From Obrimoposthia wandeli (Eukaryota), in NCBI GenBank assembly GCA_977020255.1, contig CDROCS010003202.1:186001-249265 (forward strand): a stretch of 63,265 nucleotides of DNA. Direction: 5' to 3'. Both the position numbers and the translations under genes were made by a program. The notes beneath the pieces are model-generated. The model worked only from the letters and a program-made list of their open reading frames with translations, did no database searches and was not told the origin of the DNA. Positions 20,100 through 35,000 of this stretch are shown piece after piece (within the stretch, counting starts at the first letter, position 1; the number at the start of each line of letters is the position of its first letter).

Positions 20100-23000
20100 A
20101 TGCAAATTGAAGTAAGTGATTTATTTTGTTTTCTTGTATTAACATAGATTTTCATATAATTAGTAAAATTTAACTTGGTATTATTACTTATTTTTTATTG
20201 TGAGGTACAATGTCAACCCAACATGATAAATTTAGGTTATACATTAAACTTCTATCATCATTAAAAATATTACAAATTTTATAGTCAATAATTACTTTTT
20301 TCTATTCATATTTGAAAAGTTGATATATAAGAGATTAACTGTTCAGATTGTGTTTGAATATTTTAAAGTTTAATTACTGTTTATATTGAATTCCTACATA
20401 TTTCTTATCATAATAATGTATGACTCATATAAAGGTAGTTGCTGCATAACAATAAAAAAGTAAAAATTCTTTATTAAAAGCACCTTAACATACATGAGTG
20501 TGTTATAATTTTGTTGAAGGGAAACACAATCGGTATTCTATTCGATATTTTCAAATTTCCGAATAATAAATTAACAAGAAAATACTTTTCTAAATGGGAT
20601 TTATTAGATTTAAATGAGTGGCTTTATTATATATGAATCAACTTTCTGTTTCCAGTATAACTCAATATATATTGTAATTAACAATAAGAAATAATCGATT
20701 TCAATGAATAATTTTCCTACTAAAATGTGTGGAAACTGATAGATTGTGACAGCTTTTTACGTTTCTATTTCAGGACACAGATATTTTCGAAATTACAGAT
20801 TTTACCAATGCAACAAATTGGGAAGTGTAAGACTACTTAACTATAATTTTTATTTAAAATAATTTATAGATTCATATCAAGACTAGAAGACATAATTACA
20901 TCGATAGAAAATGTACAATTAACAGAAGTATGTATGGTATTTTATTTCAATTATTCTACTCGTTAGGAATCCGACTCGTACCCTGTCCAAACTGTGATAT
21001 TTCAGAAGTTTAAGCTCAACATTGGGCTGGTTGCTCCGAAAACGCTGCTTCTAGATGGTGGTAAGCTAATAGAGGATGGAAATAATTATGAAAGTAAAGT
21101 CATTATAAATCGCAGATTATATTCTCATATTTCCAGTTTCACAATCTCTGTTAATTAAGGAAAAGAAAATGATTCAAAGTGAATTTGAGCACTCTGTTGA
21201 CTGGGACTTGATAAAATGGTAAGATAAGATTCAACTTTATTACGCTTTTAACTAGTGTAGTTGCTTGAAATAGGATGCTACTTAGTGAATCATAATATAA
21301 ATATACTCAAAAAGCTTCAACTGTCAATTTATTTTTTTTCATAATGTATATTACAGATAATTTCATACCTGAATGGAGTTATATTTCCATTAGTTCGAGG
21401 TCAATTCAAAAAATACTGTGTGAACCAATTTCTAAAATATTCAGGTTTGGGAAGCTCAAATATATAATCATAGTGCCCTATGTCGGAACGAGTATATACG
21501 GCCACGAGCAATTGAAGCAGCTCATGAACTCTGTAATGATTGCTGTAGCCAATATCAAATGGTGAGTTTCTTTGTGTCAGATGAAAGTATAACGTTTCAT
21601 AATATCTATAAAGCGAAAGTGTCTAATGTTTACTAAAAGTCATTGCTATTCAGACTGAATAATTCAGGTTTTGTAGAGCTTCTTTAAATATATATGTTTT
21701 AAATCCCATTTGAACTTAATATATAACATATCATTTTATTATGCATATCTACCTTTCTTCAGCCAGTTACCCGTGGTGATCAAATACGGCTCCAAGAACT
21801 GGGCACTATATGAGGGAGTTCTGCTTGATTGCGATTTCAAGACAAAGTTGCAAAGTGCTTCAATCAAACACGCTCCTAAGCAGTGCCGATATCTGTCTGG
21901 GATTAGAAGAATGTTCCAAGAGAAATTGGTGAGATCTTTAATGTCTGTAATACTTGGGTTATGCTGCTGTTCATTCAAGCTAATCTAATAAATAATTTCA
22001 TATTTTAAGCAGATTTAAAGTTGGTATTGTCAAATACAAAAATAAATTTGTCAAAATTTTGGGATTTATTTTCGATAGAATAAAATTTGAATTGTTATAA
22101 TTGTTATAGCTAAAAACGCAGAAAAGGTAAAACTGATATTTTTAAAAATCAAAATAAATTGCTATTGTGATAATCGGTAGTATTGTTTTATTCAGACTAC
22201 CTGGATGTTCTCATAACTCACCGTTATGCTATTTAAATAGAGTTCAAATGCTTATGATAAATAATGGTGTACAATTTTCTTTTCGTTATAAGTTTGTGTT
22301 AAAAATTGTAATCATATATATTAAAATTACTTCAAGCTCCATACATTTCAGAATAAATTATGAAGACTAATATAATTACAAAAACTAACAAATGACAGAG
22401 ACGATCGAAATTTTAAATATTTTTGAAGAAACACAAAAAACATTCATGACTACAATAATATATTTAATATAGCCCTAGTATCTAATAAATCATTGATTTA
22501 ATACTCATCTTAAAATTTTCTGAATAATTGAATTTTCTGAATTTCTAAACATTGTTACAGTTTCTTACATTCATCGGTCAATTGTTGCAAAGACTTGGAG
22601 TATATATTTCGTATATTCTATCACTCTTTGTTATTTGAGAATTTCTTGACCAATCTTGGCCGATATTTTGCTCCTAATATGTACATGCTCACTGCACCAG
22701 GCTCGAGAATATCATAAATATTTGGTTTTTTGGAGAAAACCTTTTTTGATATTATATAGGATTTTGATTTCAATTCTGGCTTTGATAGAAGAAAAGTCAA
22801 GACATTCTTGTTTGTGAAATACAATGGGTAATTATTCAAAGTTAGTAATCATTTTGAATCGCAATTTGAGTAATAAGTTTTAATCAAATTTAAAACTCAC
22901 GCTAAATTAAGAAGATAGTGCTACATCGTGTGATACAAATTATTAATTAATCGGGATTTTATTTAATGTATATTAACTTATGTGGTGTTGTAATATTCCT

Positions 23001-26000
23001 TGTTTTGAGGTTAGATGAATCGTTCACAACTTTAAATAAAATTTTATTGATAAGTTCAATAGATTTAATGAAATTTGACAAAACATGTTAATTGTACACT
23101 TTCTAATTAAAGGGAAAAGGCTCAGTACTGGACGACGACACAGCTATAACCGCGAAATATCTCTTCGTAATCGACAACAATCCTCATCAAAATCCTCGTT
23201 ATTTCAAAGGACTGATCACTAAAAGTAAGCCCTAAGATCCTTTGTTTAGCTGTACCATGTAAAAGTGATTTAATATCTATGTACATTAATATATACATAA
23301 TTCATTCTACGACAATATCCTGATGATTTTTAATGCCTTTTTTAGAATTGATGACTTTAAATATACAGAGTATCGCAAATACTCTTGTATAAGTCGAGCT
23401 TTGAAAATAAGTCTTTCCGATGAATAATGTTGATGAATTTCTTTCCGTAATTATTTAAAAATAAAATTAAAATATGTATTTACCAAATAAGATAATCCTT
23501 AAATATACATATTTTTCCATTACCAAATTTTCAATCGAAGAAAATCTTAGCTTTTCACTTGTCTTCCTGCGAGAATTTCATCCTATCGCGTGGTATCTTG
23601 ATGGAACTCGTGTTTCGTCACAGGATCTAGGGAAAAGGAAAGCCAGGTCGGAATCACACATTTTGAATTAGGTTTTCTGATAATCCAAATTCTCATTCAT
23701 GATCACATCTATGAAGATATATATAATACATTTTATACATTCACCTCAAATCCCCTTCTGTTCAAATGTCTTAAGACACTGCATTTCGAATAAAGCATTT
23801 TCCTTTGTCTAACCGCACCTCACAGTTTATTTCGTCTATTTTGTCTCATACTTCCGGTCATTCATATCGAACTTATATTCTTTTATCAATTCTATGTTGG
23901 TGTCTGCTACAGATCTCAACGGTTACTTTTATTCAAAGAATTATAATGTCGAATATATTGGACTAGTTGTTGTATTAGGGCCTTTTTTAAAGATATACTG
24001 CTCCGTAATTTAGTCTATGCTCGGGCAAATTTTAATTTTAATGAGGATAATTTAAATATTAACCCGAATATAATGAAACATTTCCTAGGATTATTTCAAG
24101 AAATATTCCAATGTTTGAAATTCCAAATATCAAGACATACAGCAACAGCAAATATTGTGAATGTTTGTGTGCTACACAACTTAACACTATCTATATTACT
24201 CAGTCAATTGGATGATTCTAATTGTTCTGTTTTGTTGTTGTTGCTTACACCCAGTATTAAAGTTTGTAACGAGTTTATCAGAAATTACACTGTACCGAAA
24301 TAATAATACTAATTTGATGATCTAATATATTTTTGTCAAACTCAAATTTAATGTAAACCAATTATACTGAAACTGAACGCTAAATGGCTAGAATTTTAGA
24401 AAAAAAGAAAGATTTATTAATTTTTATGATAAAAAATAATTTAGGTTTTTTCTTTATTTAATTACGACAATTTGTTATTGCTGAAAGTTGTGCTAAGTCT
24501 AGGCGTTTTATTGGCACCATAGATTACGTTTTTTATTAATAACTCCGCAAACGTGTTTGTTCTCAATGTCAATCTCTTGATTGTTCTGTGGTTTCGCTCT
24601 ACTATACAATTTCCCTGAGGGCGATACGCACACCTGGAAAGTAGTATTTGCAGTATTTGCAAAGTTCTGGTAACTCATATGAACGAAAGCTTCTTGAATT
24701 GACACATACAATTTCTTTCACTGGTCCTCTTTCTACGAAAATTTCACGCAGAACGTTCGATATATTCTCGGCATCTTCATTCGGTATCCTTTTCCAAATT
24801 GCAAAACGGCTTGGACCACTGTCCACAATTGTTAAATACAACGAATCACGATAATGTGTAACATCGATTGCAAGCTGGGACCATTCATCAACACTTAAAC
24901 TCCCTTACTCTCAAGATATTGAACTGGGAAAGATAGATTTACACTTATGGCAACTTTGAATTAGATTTTTTTATTTCTTTATCATCGGTTTCTGGTTCCT
25001 GTTTCTATTAAATATGCTGTCTTATCAATGCCCTAGTGATGCTGGTCATGAGACATTTTTTTATTTCGTTTCTCGTCATTCCAACTGTCGTGTTATTTAA
25101 CCAGACTCTCGGTACTCTAATGAGTCTATCTGTTATGTTCTTTTCCGACCATACGATCGTTACTGAAATATATATGTTCATTTCTTCTTGATGTTTTTGA
25201 TGATACCTAGCCGTCTCTTTATTAGCAATTCTGAACTACCTCGAGCCTGAACTCTACTTTTTCCAGTCAGTATGACCGAAATCCATCAAAAAAAGTGAGT
25301 CGGTCATGATCTCAATATTATTCAAACTCCAAGAAACTCCCATGGTGCAGCCCTTGACCACAACATCAAGCTCAGCAACATTGATGTGTCCATGGTGTCT
25401 CCTAATACTTCCTAAGATGCGACACATTTTCTAATATTTCATTGTCGATTTCAATACAAGCACCTAACTCGATGTTACTTTCATCAAACTGCACACAACA
25501 TTTTTTTACTGCCACTTACTAACCATTTGCTTCTTACAGGATTTTTAGTTTTGACTTTGTATAACACAAAACTTAACATATTATTTGTTACACTACCAAT
25601 CTCATCTTCCTATGCCACTCCTTCTGCTGTTCTCTTGATGTAGCTACATCCCAATCTTAGCCAACCACCCACCAATTGAACACATACTTATAAAAGCTTC
25701 CTACTAGTTATTGGCAAGTGACAGTTTGGTTAATCTACTTTATTGTCTTGACCTCATAAGTAAACCGTTTACCTTAGACGAAATCCCAGAACGTTTGCCT
25801 CATTTATTGGTTCTGGGTCTTTAGAGACTAGTCTATATTTTAATATATGTTTTTTGACTGTATCTACACTTATTTTACTTTTGTCAACAATAATGTTGTC
25901 TATATAACTATCTGTCACATCATTTATTGTGGAATCCACAGGGAAAACTTTCTTTAATATTTTAATCATAATTTGCGGTGCACAATTTAAACCGAAACCT

Positions 26001-29000
26001 AACCGAGTAAGCTCGTAATTTTTCCCACAGTAACTTACTTTTTGAAATTTTCACAAAGATCTGTTGATAACAATTTTTAAATAAGCTGCCTTTAATCGAA
26101 AAGTGTCACATTATCGCCTATTTTTCTTCCACCTCTGATCGTTTCATGGCACACTGAATTATTCTCTGAATGACTTGATATGTGCCTATTTAACTTCCTG
26201 TAATAAAGAACTGGTCTAACCTTCGCTTTGTTTACCTACTCAACTGTCATTAATGGTGTCAACTCATCAAATTCTACGAGCCAACCGTTATCTATCCAAA
26301 TCTGAATTTCGACGATCCAGTTCCCTCTTTAACGTACGGTTTTATTCCATAATTACAAACCTTGATTCTAAGAATGGCTGGATCACAAATCCAATTCTAT
26401 TTAACATTCCATAAACTTCCATCGAACTTTGCACTAAAATCTGAATCATCTATTTCAAGATCTGACTTCCAAATGAAATAGTAACCTCATCTAGTTCATT
26501 TATTGTGTCCACTCCCAAAATAAAATCTAAACCAACGTGTAATGACTTCACTACTAGGCATTCCACTGCACACTCCCTGTAACCTATTTTAACGAATGTG
26601 CTAGGGATTTTATCACATCTAACTATACGACCATCTACACAATTTTTTTTTACATAGTAAAAATAAATGATGTCGACAAGAATCCCTTTTGTTCAACTTT
26701 CCAATATCTACTACTACAATTCCAAATATTTAAACTAATTATCACATATATTAAGAAGAATTCAAAATAAAATAATAACACGAAAATTAAAATAGTAAGT
26801 AGACGTTTAAATACAACTATAGTTGAAATATATATTTGGTTGATACAAACGATTTTGAATAAACTCGACAAAAGTATTTCATTTATTAACATAATCTCTA
26901 TCTGCATTAATAACGCTGCCATCGATTTTGGAGCTTATAAGTCCAATCTCTGTAAAACTGTTGTGACTATGAATCGAAGAAGTTGCAGAGTTTCATTCTA
27001 ATTGCTTCTCTATCACCAAATGCCTTCCCATCAAGATGACTGGAAAATATGGTAATCCGATGGTGTATTATCTGGTGAGTATGGTGAGTGCAGTAGTAAT
27101 TCCCAGCTCATCTCTAAATTTTTTTGGTGAGTATTTTTCTCCCTGTGTAGTGGATTATTCATGGAGATTTTTTTTTAAATTCCTAGTCATTTTTAGTTAA
27201 ATTCAGGACTTTGCAATTGATTACAATATATGTGTGAATTAATAGTTTTATTATTTTCAAACTATTCCCACTAGGATAATACCTTGTACATTCCACAAAA
27301 CACAACATATCTTTCATCTCGTGTAATGATATTTTGGTTCATCTTTAACTTACTGTTCACTGACATTTTTGTCTAATGTTAGCATGCAAAGCCCACTTTT
27401 TATCTTCAGTTAGTGTTGTGACTAACCAATCATTTCTACGCTTATATGATTATAAAGAAGTTAAAATATATAAACATCTAAATTTATATATAATGTGAGT
27501 TTCAAGGTACTAACTGTCCTAGTTGTGTGATCTATCCCGTAGGTGTCCTAATTCACGCATGGTTAGTCTAGGATTGGTGTGAATTGCTTCATATAGGAAG
27601 TCATTGTTTAGAACACTTGAATGACATAACCCGGGTTTATCATCACTTCCCACTGACGTTTCTGTCTAATGTTAGCATACAAAGCCCACTTTTTATCTTC
27701 AGTTAGTGTTGTGACTAACCAATCATTTCTACGCTTATATGATTATAAAGAAGTTGAAATATATAAACATCTAAATTTATATATTATGTGAGTTTATGAG
27801 GTACTACCTATCCTAGTTGTGTGATCTATCCCTTATGTGTCTCCTAAATCACGTATGGTTAGTTTAGGATTGGTGTCGACTGCTTCATATAGGAAGTCAT
27901 TGTTTAGAACACTTGAATGACATAACCGAAATTTATCATCAATACTCCAATCTCCAGATTTAAACTATGACCTAATTACGTACTGTTTACGAGATAATTA
28001 TAGCTTCATCAAATGTAAAATATTAATTACGTTGAGATTCCGCTGCTTTCGTACCCAAACAATATTCATAAAAAATACATATCCGAAAATGATCTCTAAA
28101 AAAATAATTTAACAAATATTTCAAAATATTTGAGTTTATTGATATAGTATTGATACAGAAAAATAAAACAGATAAACTCAAAACACCCTTCACCAATCCA
28201 TTATAATGCTTTTTTAAGATAGAAAAAGGGCTTATTAACCTGGATTTGACAATTTTTACAGAATTTAAAATATCAAATAATATATTTATATGTCAATAAG
28301 TTAGGGCAGTTGTGTATTGCACAATCACAATTGGTAAACAATCGACAAAACTGTTAAATCAAAAAACAAATTGTATTCTAAATAAAATTCCTGTAACACT
28401 CAGTATAGCAGAGTAATTGACAACTAATCTGTTCAAATTGTACAATCAAAAAACAAATATGAAAAATAAAAATATTGTATAAAATATATAACCTGTATGT
28501 TACTAATTTTTTAAAAAAATTACCTATTTCAAATAAGGTCTTATTGACAATCAAAAATATGTATTATTACGAAAAACCAATTCAAAAATCAAAATTTAGA
28601 AAATTCGAATTATCAAAAACTGTCAAATAAATAAATAAACGACCTGAATTTTTCTTTCCGTCTATGTTCCTTGGACGGGCTCACCAAATTGTTATAAATT
28701 GTTAAAATTCTCCGAGATTATTATTGAATTCCTGATAACTTGGTAATTATTCTAAATAAAGACTAGTGATACGTTTTTGTTTATTTATTTTGTGTGTCTG
28801 TTTTTGTGATTTGTTTTTTTTGGGTTTGTGTTAGTACTTTATTTTATGTTTCTAAAGAAATTAGTGAAAAATAGGAAATGTGTAATGCGTACGGAAATTT
28901 AAATAGATTTCGGTGATATTCGGAAAAATTATTTGGTCAATCTAAAAATCAAGTTCTCTTAGTAAAATCAAAAATACGTTCTCAAAAATTTTTTGGAGAA

Positions 29001-32000
29001 AATATTTCTATTTCATGTTTATTTTTCTATTTTTTGATTTTATGTTGTTTTTAAATTAGAAAAATGTTGAGATTCAAAAATTTCTCTCGAAAATCTCTGT
29101 CCCTTATCACTTTTAGCACTACCTACGTCAACCAGTGTATATTCTTTATATGGTATCACTCGACGCCACTTGGGAAACAAGATAATTCGTGACAAAAATT
29201 ATTAAAATTATTAGATTTATATTTATTCCAAAAATTTATATAATTATTTCAACTTTTGTTAACTTTTAATTTTAATTTTATTGTTAAGTCTTCAATAGGC
29301 AAATCCACTCTAATTTATAGTTTTCAAAAATGAATCTTTATTAATAAACCAGCTTAATAGAAAAATATGTGAACATTTATTTTATTTGAGTTGTGCTTCA
29401 TTTGTTAATTAATTTTTTAATGTATTTGTCGGTGTTCAAAACTCTATCCGACTACAGCTAGTGCATTGTATTGTATTGTATATGAACAGAACTTCGATAA
29501 TCGAAAACTTATTCTTTATTAATATCACAATTAAATTGATCTACACAACTCAAATTGCAAAAGAAAATTAGAGAATGGAACCAGATTATGTTTCGAAAAA
29601 CAAAGATTATGTTTAAACTTTCGAAGCTTGTGCGCAAAGCTGCAAACACCTCAATTATATTCATTTTATAGTATACTTATATTATAATTTCTAAATATAA
29701 TTGATGGATCGGGACACCACACACAGACACAAATGATTTGGACAGGAATAGTGGAAGAGTAATATACAAAAAATTACAATCTAGTTTATTTAATATGTTA
29801 AAATTTTCAGAATGAATATACTGGAGATGACTAATTGCAATTTTGCTTTATCAGCCATTAGTGAATTCAAATTTGATTTTAATTTGGTCAATCAGGCCGT
29901 GAAATTATGTATCCACTTTAAAGTGTTGTTTGTGACATCATTATAGTCGAGTTTTAAAGTAGTTGTGAATTTGTTTTTTATGGAAATTTGATGTCGAGTT
30001 TTGAATAATATTATGAATTCTTGGCATTTTGAAGATGTTTAGTATGGGTAATCTTTTGTTGGATATAACAGCTAAGGATTCAAAGAATGGTACAACCATA
30101 TACAGAGTTGGTCATAAATAACGAAAAAGTATTTTTTGTTTTAATTGACAAAATACTGATAACTATATGTTTATAAAGTCTATCCGGTATTTGTAATTGT
30201 ATTAACTTTAATAAAATAAATATATTAATACAATAATAAATAACATTCTATTATTTTTTATACATAGTTTGTGAATCAAGAATTATTATTTTGTACACAA
30301 ATGTGAAACATTTATGAAGACATACAATTGCATTTTTGCACATGTCTGTATCATTAACTTAATTTTTGATTAAATATTTGAACCTAATTCATCTAAATCA
30401 GGGGCGTGCAAGATTTTTAGTCGGCGGGCCATATAATATCACTTCAGATATTAAGTGGGCCACACTGAAAATCTAGAATTCATATGCATAATAAATTCAA
30501 AAATTTTACAATATATTTGCATTCAGAAAAACATTTATTTAACCTATGGAATTAAATTAAAGCTATAAAAAGTATATGGCCAAATTTAAAACTGTAAAAT
30601 TTACCTTACTGTGGCGAAACAGATTCAAATCCTGCGGAAGGTAAAAAATAAATTTTGTTAGCGAGGGCCGCACTAACTTGCAAAGAGGGCCGCACTAACT
30701 TGCATAGAGGGTCGCATGTAGCCCGCAGGCCGCTTGTTGCGCACCCATGATCTAAATTATTAATAGGTATTGCATACACTTTATCGCATAAATATCCTCT
30801 ATAAAATAATCAAGAGGATGGTGTTTTATCTCTTGGGACATCAGGTAATCGGTCCATCTCTACTTCATTAACGATCTGGAAAATTTGTATTCAAAAAATG
30901 AACGAAAATTTAGGGTCCAATGTACACCATCTTGAATATTTAAAAAAAAGTCAAATACTATTTTATCTTCAAAATTTATATCATTATCTTTGATTGTATC
31001 ATCTTATAATAAATATGGATCAATGAAGGAATGGGGTTTCTAAGGTGCTAAAAGTAAACGGATTTTTGGTCATCACAAGCCTTAGCAGAACTATTATACT
31101 GGTCGATAGTATATCGCAAAAATGGCATGGGAGCATCAGTATTATTCAGATTTGTAAATTTAAACTCTTTTGATTGGAATGCTATTGTTGCAGTTTCTAT
31201 ATGAAACTGCCTTGGAGTTTAGATATAGATCCTCTGACGGATGGCCCCAACGTGAGTTCTATAGAAGTAGGACTTGCAGTTGTTTGTGGCCTTACAGTTT
31301 ACACTTCCAACTAGAATTTTTGCAACAGTTTTTTTCACAAGTTTTACGTCTGATCTTACTTCGATAGTTATTGTGAACACTCGAAATAATATAAAATATA
31401 TATTTTGTGTGCTCATACACAAGAACGGGGCTTTAATTCTGGTTTTGGACTTTAAATTCCTCTCGATTCTTTTTCGATTGCAACCAGTAGTCCCTCTTTC
31501 TTGAACAAAAGTTTTAAATACTAATTCTTATGAGTATCTGTCGAAATGCATTATATCTCATTTTCGAGTTAAATTTATCTTGTTATGAATAATGAATACA
31601 TTGGATATTACAATATCAATAGGAAAATCCACTGCTTTGATCTGTGGTCAATTTGATACGTATTTGTTATCTGGCTACAAACAGAAATGTTTAGGTCCTA
31701 TATTTCATCCGTGAATGAATGATCTTAATGACCGAAGAAAGTGAAAATATACAGATTCGACTGTATTCCGTTTCTTCTCAACTGTTCTTACTACTGTCTG
31801 TGCTGAAATCGAAATCACTTAAACACTCATTTAATTCTCCTTGGAATTGTTGACCGCTGGCCTCGTTCCCAGTACTATTTTGGTAGAAACAATGATTAGC
31901 TGGCCTGTTTCCACGCGTTAATGGATTCGCCGTCTGAGACTTGATGTCAACTGGTTTGCTTCCCAGCGAACGTTTGTCGTGATAATTGATTTTTCTTTCT

Positions 32001-35000
32001 TAATGAATTTTCTTCGCAATCTGGATACTTTAGCCTTTTTTCGATATTCCGTTTTTGCGTTCTTAATTATTATTTTCTTGGGCCCTTTGTCTCAATTTAA
32101 CTTTCTCTACACACCACGCACTACACGACCTCTTCAAGGTCCTAAATTATCTAAATTTACTATTTTTTATTATTTAAATTCTATTTTAACCTTCAATTCA
32201 AGGTGTACTTTTTTCTATAAATAATCATTTTAATTTATTTTTCACATTTTCTATTCTTAACAAACGAACCAGTTTTAATTTCAAAACAATCATTTTACTT
32301 AAATTTTAAAAATATATGTCTTTGAAAATGGAATCAAATATATAATAGTAAACAAGAAAGTTTTTCAAAGTTTTTTATTTGAATATTTTGAGATTTTTTG
32401 TTTGTTTGGTGTTTGAATATATTAAAATTTCAAATAGTTAGATGGTCTACTTCTTGTTTAACATTACATCGATATTGTTTCCTTCCATTGTAGAAGCTGC
32501 ATTCGGTATATATTTATAAATCACATCGACTTCTGTAAGTCGACTGAATCTCTGTTTTTTATTGCTTTGAAATATATTTTTTCTATTTCTTCCCAGCATT
32601 GATAACAAAAGTGACAAACATCACGCTCTACATTTTTATACAGTGATCTGATGTAACCTTCCTGTCTATAAGCCCATCTTCTTACTTGACAACCAGTAAT
32701 AAATTCTTTCTTATGAAATTGCAAGAAAATGCTCAATGAGAATTTACTAGTTGGAATAAGGTTTTTTTCTGGGATATATTATTTTTGTTCTTTTTTCACA
32801 TTGGTATATAATATTTTGATTTTTTTATCACTATTCCTCTTTTTGACTCCCTCCTATATTGTAAACAAAATGAATCGGAAAATGTAAAAAAAAACAAGTT
32901 CTAATAAACTCTTAAATCCTCAGTAATTCGCTCAGAATTGTCTGTGTATTTCGCAGTCTCTGTATTTCGATAAGAATTGTTCGCTCAGAATTATGTGTAA
33001 AATTATGAACAACTCTCCACTTTATACTAACTTACCTCACTTGTCTTCCTTGGCCGCTAAGTGGTTTCGGGAATCCGCGACTGTTTTCTCGACCTCTACA
33101 AGTACTCAGGGCTTCTGTTTTCTCGTGGCTAAGTGCTTCTGATGCTTGGAATTCTGTATACAGGTGGTCAAATTCCCACGCAACAAAATTTACTTTTAAT
33201 CAATTTAATGAATTCCTTTTTTCTAAATAACATTTTCTTTGGCCCTCTTTTACACTTTTCCTACTTATTTATACACATTTATCCACGACCTCTACAAGGA
33301 CCTAATTATATTTTAATTCTACATTTAATTTTAAAATCAATTTATTTTTAATTTTCTATTTAAATTTGTCTCGACCTTTGATTTTAAGGTAGGAATTTTA
33401 GTATAAACAATTTCCTAATTCTAACAATAATATGTATTACACCTTCACTGGTTTCCAACATTTCTAGTTCTAATCTTCTTTCATGACTCGTAACATTGTA
33501 GTTGTTGGTATATAGAGTTCATTTGATCTTCTTGATGACAAAGTTAGTTCAATTTCAACAAATTTATAAATTTCATCTGTCTTTTCACCCCGTTCATTTA
33601 GAAGTCCTGATTTATTTTTAACAAAAATAGTACCTGTTGTGAATAGTTTATCATGCCATGTTTGTAATACGCCATTGTGTGGCGACTCATCATCAAACCT
33701 CTGACGTAACTTGGCTTTGATTGCTCTCACTGCTGTTACTGATCTATCTAAATACCATTTTGCTACAATTATTCGATATTCAATTGTATATAGGCTGCTA
33801 TCGGGCATTATATGGAAAATTTAAAATTGGGCCACTGACAGTGCTAAAATTATGAAAACACGTACATATTATATTTGTATTACAACTTTGGTTAGCCTTT
33901 ATTTAATAACATTTTTTTAAATTATTTTTCTATGTGGTAAGGACTTCTGGTCCATCCTGTTTCATTCATTATTTTTAAAAACTAAGTACTTGTATGTTAG
34001 ATAACCTTTATTATACTTTCAAACGTTGATCACAAAATCAATTATTTTCTAAACTTTACAAACCAACTATATCTATTTTACAAGATAACAAAATAGTTTC
34101 TAAAAGAAAACCTATTTGCTAGTTCACAATTATCGCTTGGTCTCCAAGTTCACTAAAACTACACTAAACTGAATAATTCCTTAACAACCTTATCTAGCGT
34201 TTCTAAAATTTCAGTAATCTATTACATGATAATGCTATTCTTAATCATGTAAGCATAATTTTAACATAATAATTTAGTGTTGTTTTGTAAACTTTAGAAA
34301 TTACCTTAAAAATGAAAAAAATGGTACTCTTATTTTGATGTATTTTTAATACATATTGTTCAAAACTGAACATGCTTCACATAGCACATTCAATACAGGA
34401 AATGCTTTCATTTTCTGCTGCCAGCTCCGACCTCACAATACGTTGCTTGTACTTGTCACACAATCGCTTTTCATCACACTCTTTCACCATATGCCCACCG
34501 CTCTTTCTTCTCTCATATAGGGTTTGTCACCACTCGTCATCTACTTAAGGAGTTACTGGATCGCCATTCCCATCGTCAGCCAAATCTTTATCATTGTCTT
34601 CTTTTGTCTAATTTAACACTGCTACCATATTGTTCAAAGCAAAATATATATTTTAGTAACTTTTTCTAATATGCAACTTTTTCAACTTTATATATATTTA
34701 CGACTCTGCCTTCGCAAAAACTTATTCTAATTTTAACATGTTGGAATAAACTCTCAGATCTGTATGGTCAGATGTACGTTTAACTTAATGTCTAGTCAAT
34801 GACAAGTGACTAAAATGATAGAGGCTTGTAAATTGAAGTAAACCACTTTTTGTTTTGGAAATTCATTTTTAACTTGGCTTTTTTATTCTAGAAAAGGCCA
34901 TGAACTATTTCCAGTATTTGACGCTGGGATTCGCCAAAGATCCAGTCAAGTAATTCTTTGTTACTGCTCGAGTAAACTGACAGCTATTTTTAACCCAGGC

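Noticed and set aside
22190-22275. Candidate RAB3GAP1 exon (DYLDVLITHRYAI)
   Set aside because: It has an in-frame TAA and a phase that does not fit the preceding exon, so it is left unresolved.
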